Source: Acidobacteriota bacterium (GTDB lineage: Bacteria > Acidobacteriota > Terriglobia > Bryobacterales > UBA6623). From it: a stretch of DNA of 64,000 bases. The notes beneath the pieces were generated by a model, which ran no database searches, was not told where the DNA came from, and saw only the letters and a list, made by a program, of their open reading frames with translations. The first letter of the stretch is position 1, and every line of letters begins with the position of its first letter. Below, in pieces: positions 9,208-19,395 of this stretch. The DNA is taken from NCBI GenBank assembly GCA_016125275.1, contig WGMB01000003.1:1155896-1219895 (forward strand), given 5' to 3'. A program made the translations under genes and the position numbers.

Positions 9208-9240
9208 TGTCGCCCAGAGTATCGCACTCGCTCATTCCGG

Positions 9241-9798
9241 CTATTTCGGGCGCCCCCGCTCGGCGGCCAGCTTCTCGAGGCATTGGCGGAAGGCGGCCAT
9301 CGCCGCCATGTCCGCCGTCGAGCCGTCCCCGTACCGGGCCAAAGCCGCGCCGCCGCTGCGCTCGATGGCGCAGTCGAGCATCAGATTGTCCTGCAACCCG
9401 AAGTCTTCGATCGACATCCCGTCGGCCGCCCACCACCCGCCGTTGCGGCGCGTCGCCCCCATGGCGGCCTCGACCCGGTCGCCGTAGAGGGCGGCATTGT
9501 TCGAGTAGCCATACAGCGGCTTGCCCAGCGCCGCCAGAAAGCCGACTTCGAATGCCGTGCCGGCGTCGGCGCTGGGGCCGCGAAACGGCGATAGGTTGAA
9601 CATCCCCACATCGGCCTGCCGCATCAGGCGGCAGTTGGCGTCGAAGATCGCCAGGGCCGTCGGGGTGGCGAGCTCGTTGTCGAGCGGGTAGAGCCCTTCG
9701 AAACCGAAGGCGGCGCAGAGAGCCTTCTTGCGTGCGCCGACCTGAACGGCGTCGGGCAGGAAGACGTCAGGACCGGCGAGATAGATTTTCAGGGCCAT
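9241..9798 (-). CDS. nucleoside 2-deoxyribosyltransferase-family protein
   Basis: 185 aa. KIYLAGPDVF…G…FEVGFLAALGKPLYGY pattern of the PF05014-type fold. Confidence 0.6.
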   Translation of the reverse strand: MALKIYLAGPDVFLPDAVQVGARKKALCAAFGFEGLYPLDNELATPTALAIFDANCRLMRQADVGMFNLSPFRGPSADAGTAFEVGFLAALGKPLYGYSNNAALYGDRVEAAMGATRRNGGWWAADGMSIEDFGLQDNLMLDCAIERSGGAALARYGDGSTADMAAMAAFRQCLEKLAAERGRPK

Positions 9799-9930
9799 AA
9801 GGGGAGCATAGCGCTGGAGACCGCCGGCCCGGCCTTGCTACAGTCGGGGCAGATCGCCGGCCCGCGTTGCACGGAGGTCCCCGGACTGCGCAGTCCCCTG
9901 CTCTCGAGTCCTCCTCTCCGCAACGCGATC

Positions 9931-10845
9931 ATGCCCACCTCCACTTTCGTTCGCCTCTCCGCAGCCCTCACGCTCTGCGCCGCCCTCGCCTGCGCCCAGG
10001 CCCCCGAGCCCGACGGCGCCGGCGTCGAGCCCGGCGTTCTGCCCGCAAAATGGGCCACGGGCGGCCCCAACTGCAAGGAGCTTCCCGATTGGGAAGTGCA
10101 TGAGTGCAACCCGGATTTCTACATCCTGCGCCAGTCCGGCTGCACGCACTACGAAAAGCCGTTCCTCTACCTGCTGTTCGGCAAGGACAAGGCCTTGCTG
10201 ATCGACACCGGCGCGGGCAAGCCCGGAACGGGCGCGATCGTGTCCCAGGTGCTGAAGCGTTGGCTCGAGCGCGCCGGCCGGCCCTCGATCCCGCTGGTGG
10301 TTTCGCACTCGCACAGCCATGGAGATCACACCGCCGGCGACAAGGACTTTGCCGGCAAACCCGCCGTCGAGCTCGTGAAGGCGGACCCGGCCGCCCTACA
10401 GAAGGCTTTTGGCATCGGGACGTGGCCCTCGGACATCGGCGGAATCGACCTGGGAGACCGGCTGATCGACGTCCTCCCGATCCCGGGCCACGACAAGGCT
10501 TCCGTGGCCTACTACGACCGAAAGACCGGCGTCCTGCTCACCGGAGACAGCTTGTACCCGGGTCGCCTCTATATCCGCGACTGGGAGGCCTTTGCGGAAA
10601 GCACGGCGCGGATGGTGGGCTTCATCGACGGCAAGATCGTCACCCACATCCTCGGCGCGCACGTCGAGCAGAGAGCGCAGCCGTACCTCGACTACGTGGT
10701 GCGAACGGCGTATCAGCCGGAGGAACATGCGCTGGGGCTGTCGCGAGCGCATCTGCTGGAGCTCGACCTAGCCTTGAAAGCGCTCGGCAACAAGCCCAGG
10801 AAGGTCGCCTATCCTTCCTTCACGCTCTGGCCGCGCGAACCGTAG
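9931..10845 (+). CDS. secreted MBL-fold metallo-hydrolase
   Basis: Signal peptide MPTSTFVRLSAALTLCAALACAQA. HSHSHGDH (HxHxDH) zinc-binding motif. ATG 9931 chosen over the upstream track start at 9835. Confidence 0.8.
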   Translation: MPTSTFVRLSAALTLCAALACAQAPEPDGAGVEPGVLPAKWATGGPNCKELPDWEVHECNPDFYILRQSGCTHYEKPFLYLLFGKDKALLIDTGAGKPGTGAIVSQVLKRWLERAGRPSIPLVVSHSHSHGDHTAGDKDFAGKPAVELVKADPAALQKAFGIGTWPSDIGGIDLGDRLIDVLPIPGHDKASVAYYDRKTGVLLTGDSLYPGRLYIRDWEAFAESTARMVGFIDGKIVTHILGAHVEQRAQPYLDYVVRTAYQPEEHALGLSRAHLLELDLALKALGNKPRKVAYPSFTLWPREP

Positions 10846-10866
10846 TCTCCAGACAAACCACAGAGC

Positions 10867-10884
10867 CGCGCCCGTGAGGGCGCG
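10867..10884. other. GC hairpin between convergent genes (possible bidirectional terminator)
   Basis: CGCGCCC-gtga-GGGCGCG, a 7-bp stem with tetraloop. No U-tract. Confidence 0.25.
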
Positions 10885-10927
10885 CCCACCGCTGTCTCGA
10901 CGCTCCGAGGTCTCCGCGCCGCCGCGG

Positions 10928-11902
10928 CTACATCGTCAACGCCAGCTTGCCGCAAACCCTCCGCCCCGCCAACTCGGCCAGCGCCTGCGACGCCTGCTCC
11001 AGCGGAAACGTCCGCTGCACCGGCGGACGAATCTTGCCCGCCTCCCACAGCTCCGTCAAGCGCCGGTGCGTCTCGGCCACGAAACCCGGCGTCTCGTCCC
11101 GCTCGCGGCCCCAGAACACGCCCACCACGGACATATTCTTCAGCAAGGCGCGGTTGGCGGCAATCGTCGGAATCCGGCCCGAAGTGAAGCCGATCACCAA
11201 CAGCCGTCCGCCCGGGGCGATGCATTTGGTCGACTGGTCGAACACGTCGCCGCCAACGGGATCGTAGATCACGTCCGCACCCCGGCCGCCCGTCAGCGCC
11301 TTCACCCGCTCGGGCCAGTCCGGCTGGAGGTAGTCGATCACGTCCTCGGCCCCCAGTTCGCGGCAGAAGGCCCGCTTGGCCTCGCTGCCTGCCGAGGCGA
11401 CCACTCGCACTCCATGCGCCCGGGCGATCTGAATCGCCGCCGCTCCCACGCCGCTCGCGCCGGCGTGCACCAGCACAGTCTCGCCCGGCTGGAGCCGCCC
11501 GCGATCGTGCAGCCCGAACCAGGACGTCTGATAGACCAGCGGAAACGCCGCGGCCTGCTCGAAGCTCATGCCCTGCGGGATCGCGAAGATCCTGTCGGCT
11601 CGTGCGACGCTCGCCTCGGCATAGCCGCCGCCGTCAGGAAGGGCCAGCACCCGGTCGCCGACTCGCAAACCCTCGACGCCGGGTCCCAGCGCCGCGATCT
11701 CACCGCTGACCTCCGCTCCGACCGTGAACGGGAACGACGGCCGCGCCTGGTATTTGCCCTGAATCTGCAGAATGTCGAAAAAATTCAGCCCGCAGGCGCG
11801 CTGCCGAATCAACGCCTCACCGGGCCCCGGAACCGGCTCGGGACGCTCGGCGAAGACCATGTCCTCGGGCTCTCCGTAGCGTTCGACCAGCCAAACTCGC
11901 AT
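10928..11902 (-). CDS. NADPH:quinone oxidoreductase / zinc-type alcohol dehydrogenase-family protein
   Basis: 324 aa from ATG 11902 (MRVWLVERYGEPED…). The GxGxxG-type motif HAGASGVGAAAIQIA fits the MDR family. The 644-aa track ORF is an upstream read-through. Confidence 0.8.
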   Translation of the reverse strand: MRVWLVERYGEPEDMVFAERPEPVPGPGEALIRQRACGLNFFDILQIQGKYQARPSFPFTVGAEVSGEIAALGPGVEGLRVGDRVLALPDGGGYAEASVARADRIFAIPQGMSFEQAAAFPLVYQTSWFGLHDRGRLQPGETVLVHAGASGVGAAAIQIARAHGVRVVASAGSEAKRAFCRELGAEDVIDYLQPDWPERVKALTGGRGADVIYDPVGGDVFDQSTKCIAPGGRLLVIGFTSGRIPTIAANRALLKNMSVVGVFWGRERDETPGFVAETHRRLTELWEAGKIRPPVQRTFPLEQASQALAELAGRRVCGKLALTM

Positions 11903-11950
11903 CTTCGATGAAAGCGGATGGTACCAGATGCCAGTATCATCGAAGGCAGC

Positions 11951-13861
11951 ATGGAATCCCCGTTCTTGACCGATTTCGACCTGCACCTCCTCGGAGAGGG
12001 CAGCCACTACCGCAACTACGAGAAGCTCGGCGCGCACCTGACCGAGCTCGACGGCCAACAGGGCGTGCGGTTCGCGGTCTGGGCTCCCAATGCGCGGTCG
12101 GTCTCCGTGATCGGCGATTTCAACGGCTGGAATCGAGACGCCAACCCGATGCGCGTTCGCGGCGACAGCGGAATCTGGGAAGCCTTCGTGCCCGGCGTCG
12201 GCCAAGGCGAGATCTACAAATACTTCATCCGCTCCAACTACAACGGCTACGAAGTCGAAAAGGCCGACCCCTACGGTTTTGCCGCCGAGGTCCGTCCGCG
12301 CACCGCCAGCAAGGTCTGGGACCTCGAGGGCTACGAATGGGGCGATCAGGAGTGGATGGCCACGCGCGGTCCCCGGCAGCGGCGCGACGCTCCCCTGTCG
12401 ATCTACGAAGTCCATCTGGGCTCCTGGCAACGCGCCCCCGAAAGCAACGGCTGGCTGACCTACGTGGACATCGCCCCGCGGCTGGCGGCCTATTGCCAGG
12501 AGATGGGCTTTACGCACGTGGAGCTGATGCCGCCCACCGAGCATCCCTTCGACGGCTCCTGGGGTTACCAGACCGTGGGGTACTTCGCTCCCACCAGCCG
12601 CTTTGGCACGCCGCAGGAGTTCATGTACTTCGTCGACGCGCTGCACCGCGCAGGCATCGGCGTGATCATGGACTGGGTCCCCGCGCACTTCCCGCATGAC
12701 CCGCATGGGCTGGTGTATTTCGACGGCACCCACCTCTACGAGCACGCCGACCCGCGCCAAGGCCATCACCCGCACTGGGACACGATGATCTTCAACTACG
12801 GCCGGCGCGAGGTCTCGAACTTCCTCATCGGGAACGCCTTGTTCTGGCTCGACCGCTATCACATCGACGGCTTTCGCGTGGACGCCGTCGCTTCGATGCT
12901 CTACCTCGACTACGGCCGCAAGTCCGGCGAGTGGGTCCCCAACCAGTACGGCGGCAAGGAGAACATCGACGCCATCAACTTCATCCGCCGGCTCAACGAG
13001 CGGATCTACGCGGAGTACCCCGACGCGGTGACCATTGCCGAGGAATCCACTTCCTGGTCGATGGTCTCGCAGCCCACCTACCTAGGCGGCATGGGCTTTG
13101 GGTTCAAGTGGAACATGGGCTGGATGAACGACATCCTGACCTACTTCTCCAAGGACCCCATCCACCGGCAGTACCACCAGAACAGCATCACATTCTCGAT
13201 GCTCTACGCCTTCAGCGAGAACTTCATCCTGCCGTTCTCCCACGATGAGGTCGTCCACGGAAAGGGCTCGATGATCAACAAGATGCCCGGCGATGACTGG
13301 CAGAAGTTCGCGAACCTGCGCGCGCTGTACGCCTACATGTTCGGCCACCCGGGCAAGAAGCTGATGTTCATGGGCTGCGAGTTCGGGCAGCGGCGGGAGT
13401 GGACGCACGAGGAGAGCCTGGACTGGCACCTGCTGCAGTACGCGCCGCATCAAGGTCTGCATCGCCTAGTCCGCGATCTCAACGCCTTGCTGCGCAGCGA
13501 ACCGGCTCTCTATGACCTCGACTCGGAGTGGCAGGGCTTCGAGTGGATCGACTGCAACGACAACCGCTCCAACGTCATCAGCTTCCTGCGCAAGGGCAAC
13601 CAGCCGGAGGACCTGCTGCTGTTCGTCTGCAACTTCTCGCCCGCCGTGCGCCGGGACTACAAGGTCGGCGCTCCCGAGGCCGGCTACTGGATCGAGGTGA
13701 TGAACACGGACTCGCAGATCTACGGCGGGACCGACGTGGGCAATTGCGGCTCGGTGGAGGCCCTGGTCGGCAAGACGCACGGACGGCCGGCGACGCTCAG
13801 CCTCACGCTGCCGCCGCTGGGTGTGCTGATCCTGAAGCGCGAGGCGAGTTCGGGCGATTGA
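11951..13861 (+). CDS. glgB: 1,4-alpha-glucan branching enzyme
   Basis: GlgB N-terminus (…LFxEGxH…YEKLGAHL), GH13 catalytic core and C-terminal domain. AAGG 4 nt before ATG 11951; the alternative start ATG 11918 would add 11 aa. Divergent from the quinone oxidoreductase gene, with only about 15-50 bp between the two starts. Confidence 0.9.
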   Translation: MESPFLTDFDLHLLGEGSHYRNYEKLGAHLTELDGQQGVRFAVWAPNARSVSVIGDFNGWNRDANPMRVRGDSGIWEAFVPGVGQGEIYKYFIRSNYNGYEVEKADPYGFAAEVRPRTASKVWDLEGYEWGDQEWMATRGPRQRRDAPLSIYEVHLGSWQRAPESNGWLTYVDIAPRLAAYCQEMGFTHVELMPPTEHPFDGSWGYQTVGYFAPTSRFGTPQEFMYFVDALHRAGIGVIMDWVPAHFPHDPHGLVYFDGTHLYEHADPRQGHHPHWDTMIFNYGRREVSNFLIGNALFWLDRYHIDGFRVDAVASMLYLDYGRKSGEWVPNQYGGKENIDAINFIRRLNERIYAEYPDAVTIAEESTSWSMVSQPTYLGGMGFGFKWNMGWMNDILTYFSKDPIHRQYHQNSITFSMLYAFSENFILPFSHDEVVHGKGSMINKMPGDDWQKFANLRALYAYMFGHPGKKLMFMGCEFGQRREWTHEESLDWHLLQYAPHQGLHRLVRDLNALLRSEPALYDLDSEWQGFEWIDCNDNRSNVISFLRKGNQPEDLLLFVCNFSPAVRRDYKVGAPEAGYWIEVMNTDSQIYGGTDVGNCGSVEALVGKTHGRPATLSLTLPPLGVLILKREASSGD

Positions 13862-13929
13862 CACCGACCGCTCCCGATAAGGTAGTCTGAGAGATGGATC
13901 GCGCGACGCGCGCGGCTCCTCTCCTTACT

Positions 13930-14005
13930 CCCGGGGTAGCTCAGTGGTTAGAGCGAGGGTCTCATAATCCCTAGGCCGGTGGTTCGAATCCACCCTCCGG
14001 GACCA
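13930..14005 (+). tRNA. tRNA-Met (anticodon CAT); elongator type, or tRNA-Ile2 if C34 is lysidinylated
   Basis: Cloverleaf folded by hand: 7/7 acceptor pairs including one G-U, D-arm GCTC/GAGC, anticodon loop CT-CAT-AA, T-arm GGTGG-TTCGAAT-CCACC, encoded CCA. C1-G72 is paired, so this is not an initiator tRNA. Confidence 0.8.
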
Positions 14006-14084
14006 CACTTCCTTTCGCGTTCCGTCAGGAACATTTGCTCGCCGGCTTCGTACATCCTTTCAGCAAGACAGGAGAAGCCGAGCG

Positions 14085-14558
14085 ATGTCTGACTCCGAAC
14101 CGCCCGTCAAGACGGAATCCGCCCCCGAGGAGGCCGCCGAAGCCGCTCACGAGCCGCTGCTGCTCGAGGCCCCGGCGCAAGCCAAACGGCCTCAGGCCGA
14201 GAAGCTCTACTGCCCGCAGTGCGGCACGACCATGTCGCCGGATCAGCGCTATTGCACGCAGTGCGGCTGGGACGCCGAGCACCCTGACCGGGTCCCGCCC
14301 GGCGGCGAGCCGGGGCCGATCTTTCCGCCTCGCGACCTGGGCCCGCCGTCGGACAAGAACCGCTTGACGGCCCTGCTGCTGTGCATTCTGCTGGGCTGGT
14401 TGGGCGCGCACCGCTTCTACGTCGGCCGGCCGTTGAGCGGGCTGCTCTGGGCGATCAGCCTAGGCTTGCTCGGCGTCGGGGTGATCTACGATTCGGTGAT
14501 GATCGCCACCGGCGAGATGCGCGACGACCAAGACAAGCGCCTGCTGCACTGGCAGTAG
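14085..14558 (+). CDS. zinc-ribbon + TM2-domain membrane protein
   Basis: AGGAGA Shine-Dalgarno. CPQCG…CTQCG zinc ribbon. C-terminal ALLLCILLGWLGAHRFYVGRP…GVIYD is the TM2 domain signature. Confidence 0.65.
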   Translation: MSDSEPPVKTESAPEEAAEAAHEPLLLEAPAQAKRPQAEKLYCPQCGTTMSPDQRYCTQCGWDAEHPDRVPPGGEPGPIFPPRDLGPPSDKNRLTALLLCILLGWLGAHRFYVGRPLSGLLWAISLGLLGVGVIYDSVMIATGEMRDDQDKRLLHWQ

Positions 14559-14731
14559 GCCATCTCAGGGATTGGGCGGCGGAGGCTCTTCGTCGGCGCA
14601 CATCGCGTTCCAGCGAGCGCTGATGATGTGAACCCACACCGCCTGCGCGATCCACACGAGGGCCATGCCCACGGCCAATGCCGCGGCGAAGGTCAGGGCC
14701 GCTATGGCTGTCCAGCTCACCGTTCCTCAGC

Positions 14732-15880
14732 CTAGCGGGCGGCGCCGCCTTCCAGCCAGTCGAGCGAGAAGCTCTCGAACAGCAAAGCTTCGGAGTAGCT
14801 CTTCTCGCCGCCCTCGAAGAGGATGCCGATCGAGCCGTCCGGCAGACGGGTCAGGCTGGAGTAGCCGGAGGGGCCGTGATGAATCTGCCGCGCCCAGGGC
14901 CAGCTCTTGCCGCCGTCGGGGCTCGCCCGCACCGTCATGTCGATGCGCTCGCCGCGCGCGGGCTGGATCGGGGGGCTGGGATTGGAGAACACCAGCCGGT
15001 CGCCGCCGTCCTCCGACCAACTGAATCGCAGCAAAGAGGCCTGCACGGCGGGATCGCCCAAGTGCGCGTCGAACTCCGGGGCCGACCAGGTGGCCCCGCC
15101 GTCCCGGCTGAAAGCGATCGAGCGGTAGCCGGTGCGCTCCTGGTTGGTCGGCGACTGGCTGCGCATGTTCATCATCAACGTCCCATCGGCCAGCTCCGCC
15201 ACCTGGCTTTCGTTGCAGGCGGGCTGGATGGCGTTGCTGCGCTTCCAGGTCTCGCCGCCGTCGTCGGAGTAGATCGTGTGCGCGCCATAGCCGTTGGCGG
15301 CCGAGCTGTGGTTGGCCGGAATGACCAAACGGCCCTTGTGCGGCCCGCGCTCGAGCTGGATCCCCACGCCCGGCCCGGTGGCGTACCACCACCAGTCGGC
15401 GGCCTTGGTCTCGGCCGTGATCTCGCGGGGCTTGGACCAAGTCCGGCCGTCATCGTCCGAGGTCGCCACGAAGACTCGGCGGGTCCCCTGGGCGGTCCCC
15501 TTGTGCAGGTCGCCGCCGTGGTCCTCGCCGCGGTTCCAGGTCATCAACAGGACGATGCGGCCGGTGCGCTGATCCACCACCGGGCAGGCGTTGCCGCAGG
15601 TGTTGAGCCCGTCGTCCCAAACCACCGTGTGCGCCGACCAAGTCCGCCCGCCGTCGGCCGAGCGCTTCACCAGCATGTCGATGTCGCCGCTGTCGCCTCG
15701 CCCGGATTTGCGGCCCTCCGCAAAGGCCAGCGCCGTCCCATTCTTCGAGACGATCAACGCCGGGATACGGTAAGTGTGGTAGCCGTCCCGGCCGGAAACG
15801 TAGACCGGCGACGCCATCGGATCGGCCGCCAAGGCGACCGCCGGGGCGGCCAGCATCCAAACGATCGACAGGGTTCGCAT
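14732..15880 (-). CDS. secreted exo-alpha-sialidase (BNR/Asp-box, GH33-like)
   Basis: 382 aa from ATG 15880. Signal peptide. YRIPAL (FRIP motif) plus five Asp-boxes (SADGGRTW, SDDDGRTW, SDDGGETW, SRDGGATW, SPDGGKSW). The upper part of track ORF 14732..16645 is read-through. Confidence 0.85.
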   Translation of the reverse strand: MRTLSIVWMLAAPAVALAADPMASPVYVSGRDGYHTYRIPALIVSKNGTALAFAEGRKSGRGDSGDIDMLVKRSADGGRTWSAHTVVWDDGLNTCGNACPVVDQRTGRIVLLMTWNRGEDHGGDLHKGTAQGTRRVFVATSDDDGRTWSKPREITAETKAADWWWYATGPGVGIQLERGPHKGRLVIPANHSSAANGYGAHTIYSDDGGETWKRSNAIQPACNESQVAELADGTLMMNMRSQSPTNQERTGYRSIAFSRDGGATWSAPEFDAHLGDPAVQASLLRFSWSEDGGDRLVFSNPSPPIQPARGERIDMTVRASPDGGKSWPWARQIHHGPSGYSSLTRLPDGSIGILFEGGEKSYSEALLFESFSLDWLEGGAAR

Positions 15881-15915
15881 CCTTCGCCCTCGCAACGGCG
15901 GCGGCTCCGGCCTCC

Positions 15916-17337
15916 TCAATGGGCGCCTCGCCCGGCCACCACCAGCGGAATCGACTGCAGCAGGATCTTCACGTCCAGCCACAGCGACCAATTGTCGATG
16001 TACTCGAGATCCATCTTCATCCAGGTCTCGAAGTCGAGCGCGTCGCGGCCCCGCACGGCCCACAAGCAGGTCAACCCCGGCCGCATCCGCAAGCGGCGCC
16101 GCTGCCAGGTCTGGTACTGCTCGACCTCGAACAGAATCGACGGCCGCGGGCCCACGATCGACATGTCGCCCCGCAAAACGTTCCAGAACTGCGGCCACTC
16201 GTCGATGGAGTAGCGCCGCAGAAACCGGCCGATCGGCGACAGGCGGGGGTCGTCGGTGAGCTTGAAGGCCGGACCGTCCTTCTTCTCGTTCAGGTGACGC
16301 AAAGCCTCCTTGAGAGCCTCGGCGTTCATCACCATCGAACGAAACTTGTACAGCCGAAAGCGCCGGCCGTTGAGGCCGCAGCGCTCCTGCCGGAACAGCG
16401 CCGGCCCCGGCGAGGTCCACCGCACCAGCAGCGCCACCAGCAGCATCGGAAGCGCCAAGACGACCAGCGCCGAGGCCGAGACGACGATGTCGAAGGCTCT
16501 CTTGAGCAGCAGCCGCATCTCGTCCTGCGGCGTGGAGGAGAACGTCAGCAGGGGCTGATCGGCGAACCGGTCCAGAAAGACGCGGCTGTTGACGTGGGGA
16601 AAGAAGTGCGTCGCCACCCGCGTGCGCACGCCTTCCTCGTCGCACAGCAGGAAGATCTCCTCCAGCCCCGAAATCTGGGCCGCGTCGACGGCGAAGAAGA
16701 CCTCGTCCACCACGTGCTTGCGCAGCAGGCCCGCCAGCTCATCGAGCCGCTTGACCTGATAGCTCTGTCCGCCGATCTCGACCGTCTGGCCGCCCGGGCC
16801 CGACACGTCCACCAGCGCCAACAGGCGGACGCCCAGATCCTGCGATTCCGCCAGTTGCCGCGATAAGTCCCGAGCCTGCGGCCCCTCGCCCACGACGACG
16901 CAGAAGACCTCCGCGCCGAACTGCTTGCGGATGTAGCCCCGCAGGCGCCCGGCGGCCGCCCGGTAGGTCGCCAGCAAGACCAGGTTGTAGAGCAGGAAAA
17001 GGCCGATGAAGGGGCGCGAGATGTCCAGCCGGAGCAGGAACATGAAGGTCGTCAGGCCCAGCACGCCGAAGAAGACCTGGCGCAGCGTGTCATAAAGCGC
17101 CGCCCGCGTGTCCGCGCCGTACAGCCGTTCGTATACGCCGATCGAGCGCCCCAGCGCCAGCCACAGGGCCAGAATCACGCCCAGCAGCAGAGCCTTGAGC
17201 GGCGCATTGATGAAGAAAGTGCGCGGCAGGGGCAGCAGCGCGCGCGTTTGATAGGCCGCTTCGAAGGCGAGAAGCGTCAGGATGACGTCCGCCGCGGCGA
17301 ACAGGAGAACGGCCTTCTGCTTGTGGTGGTCGAACAC
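15916..17337 (-). CDS. polyprenyl-phosphate glycosylphosphotransferase (WbaP/exopolysaccharide sugar-transferase family)
   Basis: 473 aa with N-terminal TM helices and a C-terminal bacterial sugar transferase domain (…DMSIVGPRPSILFEVEQY…). GTG start as listed in the track. Confidence 0.8.
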   Translation of the reverse strand: MFDHHKQKAVLLFAAADVILTLLAFEAAYQTRALLPLPRTFFINAPLKALLLGVILALWLALGRSIGVYERLYGADTRAALYDTLRQVFFGVLGLTTFMFLLRLDISRPFIGLFLLYNLVLLATYRAAAGRLRGYIRKQFGAEVFCVVVGEGPQARDLSRQLAESQDLGVRLLALVDVSGPGGQTVEIGGQSYQVKRLDELAGLLRKHVVDEVFFAVDAAQISGLEEIFLLCDEEGVRTRVATHFFPHVNSRVFLDRFADQPLLTFSSTPQDEMRLLLKRAFDIVVSASALVVLALPMLLVALLVRWTSPGPALFRQERCGLNGRRFRLYKFRSMVMNAEALKEALRHLNEKKDGPAFKLTDDPRLSPIGRFLRRYSIDEWPQFWNVLRGDMSIVGPRPSILFEVEQYQTWQRRRLRMRPGLTCLWAVRGRDALDFETWMKMDLEYIDNWSLWLDVKILLQSIPLVVAGRGAH

Positions 17338-17463
17338 GGCAGGGTGCTACCGGCGTCTTGTTGGCACCCAGGATACCAGTGTGAAGATGGGATTTACCCT
17401 AGACCGAGTCGCCACCGCCCTGGCCGTCCGCGAAGTCAACGCCGCCGGCCGCGGTCGCCCCCA

Positions 17464-19314
17464 TCACCCCGGCAGCGCGAACGCCACGATCTCATCGCCG
17501 GCCTTGGTGGATTCCTTGCCGCCGCCTCCGGCCGCGATCACCACGTACTGGCGGCCGCCCGCCTCGTAGCTGCACGGCGTGGCATAGCCGCCCGCGCTGA
17601 GCTTGGTCGACCACAGCTCGCGGCCCGTCGCCGAATCGAAGGCCCGCAGCTTCTCGTCTTGGGTGGCGGCGATGAACACCAGGCCCCCGGCCGTAGCGAT
17701 CGAGCCGCCCATCATGCGGGTGCCCGTTTTGCCCAGCTCTTCGTCCTCGCCCAGCACCTCGCGCCACACGAAGTCGCCGCTCACCAGGTCGATGCACGTC
17801 AAAAAACCCCACGGCGGCTTCATGCCCACGCGGCCGTCCTTGTCCAGAAACTTCTGGTAGCCCGTGTGCCCGTAGCGGTAACCCGCCTCCGGGTCGCCCG
17901 GCGTGAGCTGGATCATGTTCGCCGTCTCGCTGGTGTTCACGTACAGGTAGCCGGTCCGTGGATCGAACGCCCCGCCGCCCCACAGCGCACCGCCCGAAAA
18001 GCCCGGCCGAAAGATCGTGCCCTGCAGGCTCGGCGGCGTGAAGATCGGCCCCATGCGGTACTTCTCCACGATCTTCCGCACGGAGGCCTCCGCCTCCGGC
18101 GAGACATCGGTGATGTCCTGCTCCTCCAGGCTGAGCTTCGACAGCGGCGGCGGCTTGATCGGAAACGGCTGGGTGGGCCAGAGCTGCTCGCCGGGCACGT
18201 CCGACTGTGGAACCGGCCGCTCCTCCACGCCGAAAATCGGCTCGCCGCTCAGCCGATCAAGCACGAACGTCAGCCCCGTCTTGGTCACCTGGGCCACAAT
18301 CTCGATGCGCTGCCCCTGGCGCTCGATCTCTCCCAAAATGGGCTGCGCCGGCAGATCGTAGTCGAATACGTCGTGGTGCACCGTCTGGTAGTGCCACAGC
18401 CGCTCGCCGGTGGCCGCATTCAGCGCCAGCACGCAGTTGCCGAACAGGTTCTTGCCGATGCGGTCGCCGCCCCAGAAATCGAACGCCGGAGAGCCCAGCG
18501 ACACGAACAGCCAGCCGCGCCGCTCGTCCAGGCTCATTCCACCCCAGTTGTTCGCGCCGCCGGCGGTGCGCCAGGCGTCCTGAGGCCAAGTCTCATAGCC
18601 GAACTCGCCCGGCCAGGGGATGGTGTGGAAGATCCAGCGGCGCTTGCCGGTCTTGACGTCGTAGCCGCGTACGTGACCTGGCGCGGCCGGCTCCGGCCCC
18701 TCGAAGCCGCCGCCGCCCACCAGCAACAGGTCCTGCCAGACGACCACCGGCGAGGTGTGCTTGTAGCCCAGCCCCTCCATGTCGCGATCGAAGTTCTGGG
18801 TCAGGTCCAGCACGCCCGCATCGCCGAACTCCGCCACGGGCTTGCCGCTCTTGCCGTCCAGGCACCAGAGCTGGTCCATCACCGTCAGGAAGATCCGCAG
18901 GTCGTCGCCTTCCTTCCAGTAAGCCAGCCCGCGGTTCACGCCCCGCGCCCGGCGGCTGGTCTCGTTCGCGAACGGATCAAAGGTCCACAGCAGCTTGCCG
19001 GTGGCCGCGTCAAGCGCCTGCGCCTTGACCTGGGCCGTCGACAGAAACATCACGCCGTCGACGACGATGGGCGTGCACTCGATGGTCGTCAGCGGACGCT
19101 GCTGCGCGTCGCCCGTCTTGTGGACCCAGGCGACCTCGAGATTGGCCACATTAGCGGGGGTGAGCTGCTCCAGCGGCGCATAGCGCGTCGCCCCCTGATC
19201 GCCGCCGTAATAGCGCCACTCCCAAGGGTTCATAGCGGCGCCGCGCGGAGCGGCGGGGAGGGCGGAAGCGGCCAGCGCGGAGGCTCCGGCCTGGAGGAAA
19301 GTGCGGCGACGCAT
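17464..19314 (-). CDS. soluble PQQ-dependent dehydrogenase (quinoprotein alcohol/glucose dehydrogenase family), Tat-secreted
   Basis: Tat motif RRRTFLQAG. NPWEWRYYGGDQGATRYAPLEQLT…W is the quinoprotein dehydrogenase N-terminal signature. Eight-bladed propeller length. Confidence 0.75.
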   Translation of the reverse strand: MRRRTFLQAGASALAASALPAAPRGAAMNPWEWRYYGGDQGATRYAPLEQLTPANVANLEVAWVHKTGDAQQRPLTTIECTPIVVDGVMFLSTAQVKAQALDAATGKLLWTFDPFANETSRRARGVNRGLAYWKEGDDLRIFLTVMDQLWCLDGKSGKPVAEFGDAGVLDLTQNFDRDMEGLGYKHTSPVVVWQDLLLVGGGGFEGPEPAAPGHVRGYDVKTGKRRWIFHTIPWPGEFGYETWPQDAWRTAGGANNWGGMSLDERRGWLFVSLGSPAFDFWGGDRIGKNLFGNCVLALNAATGERLWHYQTVHHDVFDYDLPAQPILGEIERQGQRIEIVAQVTKTGLTFVLDRLSGEPIFGVEERPVPQSDVPGEQLWPTQPFPIKPPPLSKLSLEEQDITDVSPEAEASVRKIVEKYRMGPIFTPPSLQGTIFRPGFSGGALWGGGAFDPRTGYLYVNTSETANMIQLTPGDPEAGYRYGHTGYQKFLDKDGRVGMKPPWGFLTCIDLVSGDFVWREVLGEDEELGKTGTRMMGGSIATAGGLVFIAATQDEKLRAFDSATGRELWSTKLSAGGYATPCSYEAGGRQYVVIAAGGGGKESTKAGDEIVAFALPG

Positions 19315-19395
19315 GTCGCGGCAATTCTATCGAATCGCACGCGCCTTCGGTCGGGAGAATCGGAGCCGCCGCCGTGAGCGAAGCGGTCCTTCGCC

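Noticed and set aside
9241-9798. Nucleoside 2-deoxyribosyltransferase-like gene as part of an anti-phage system
   Set aside because: Stand-alone, flanked by glgX and an MBL hydrolase, with no partner effector or sensor genes. Most simply a housekeeping or salvage enzyme homolog.
14678-16645. 511-aa plus-strand ORF and the upper part (15881..16645) of the 637-aa minus-strand ORF
   Set aside because: The plus ORF is antisense to the sialidase and sugar-transferase genes. The minus ORF upstream of ATG 15880 overlaps the sugar-transferase gene in another frame. The sialidase proper starts at its signal peptide.
17248-19377. 709-aa plus-strand ORF
   Set aside because: Fully antisense to the PQQ dehydrogenase. 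No domain features.
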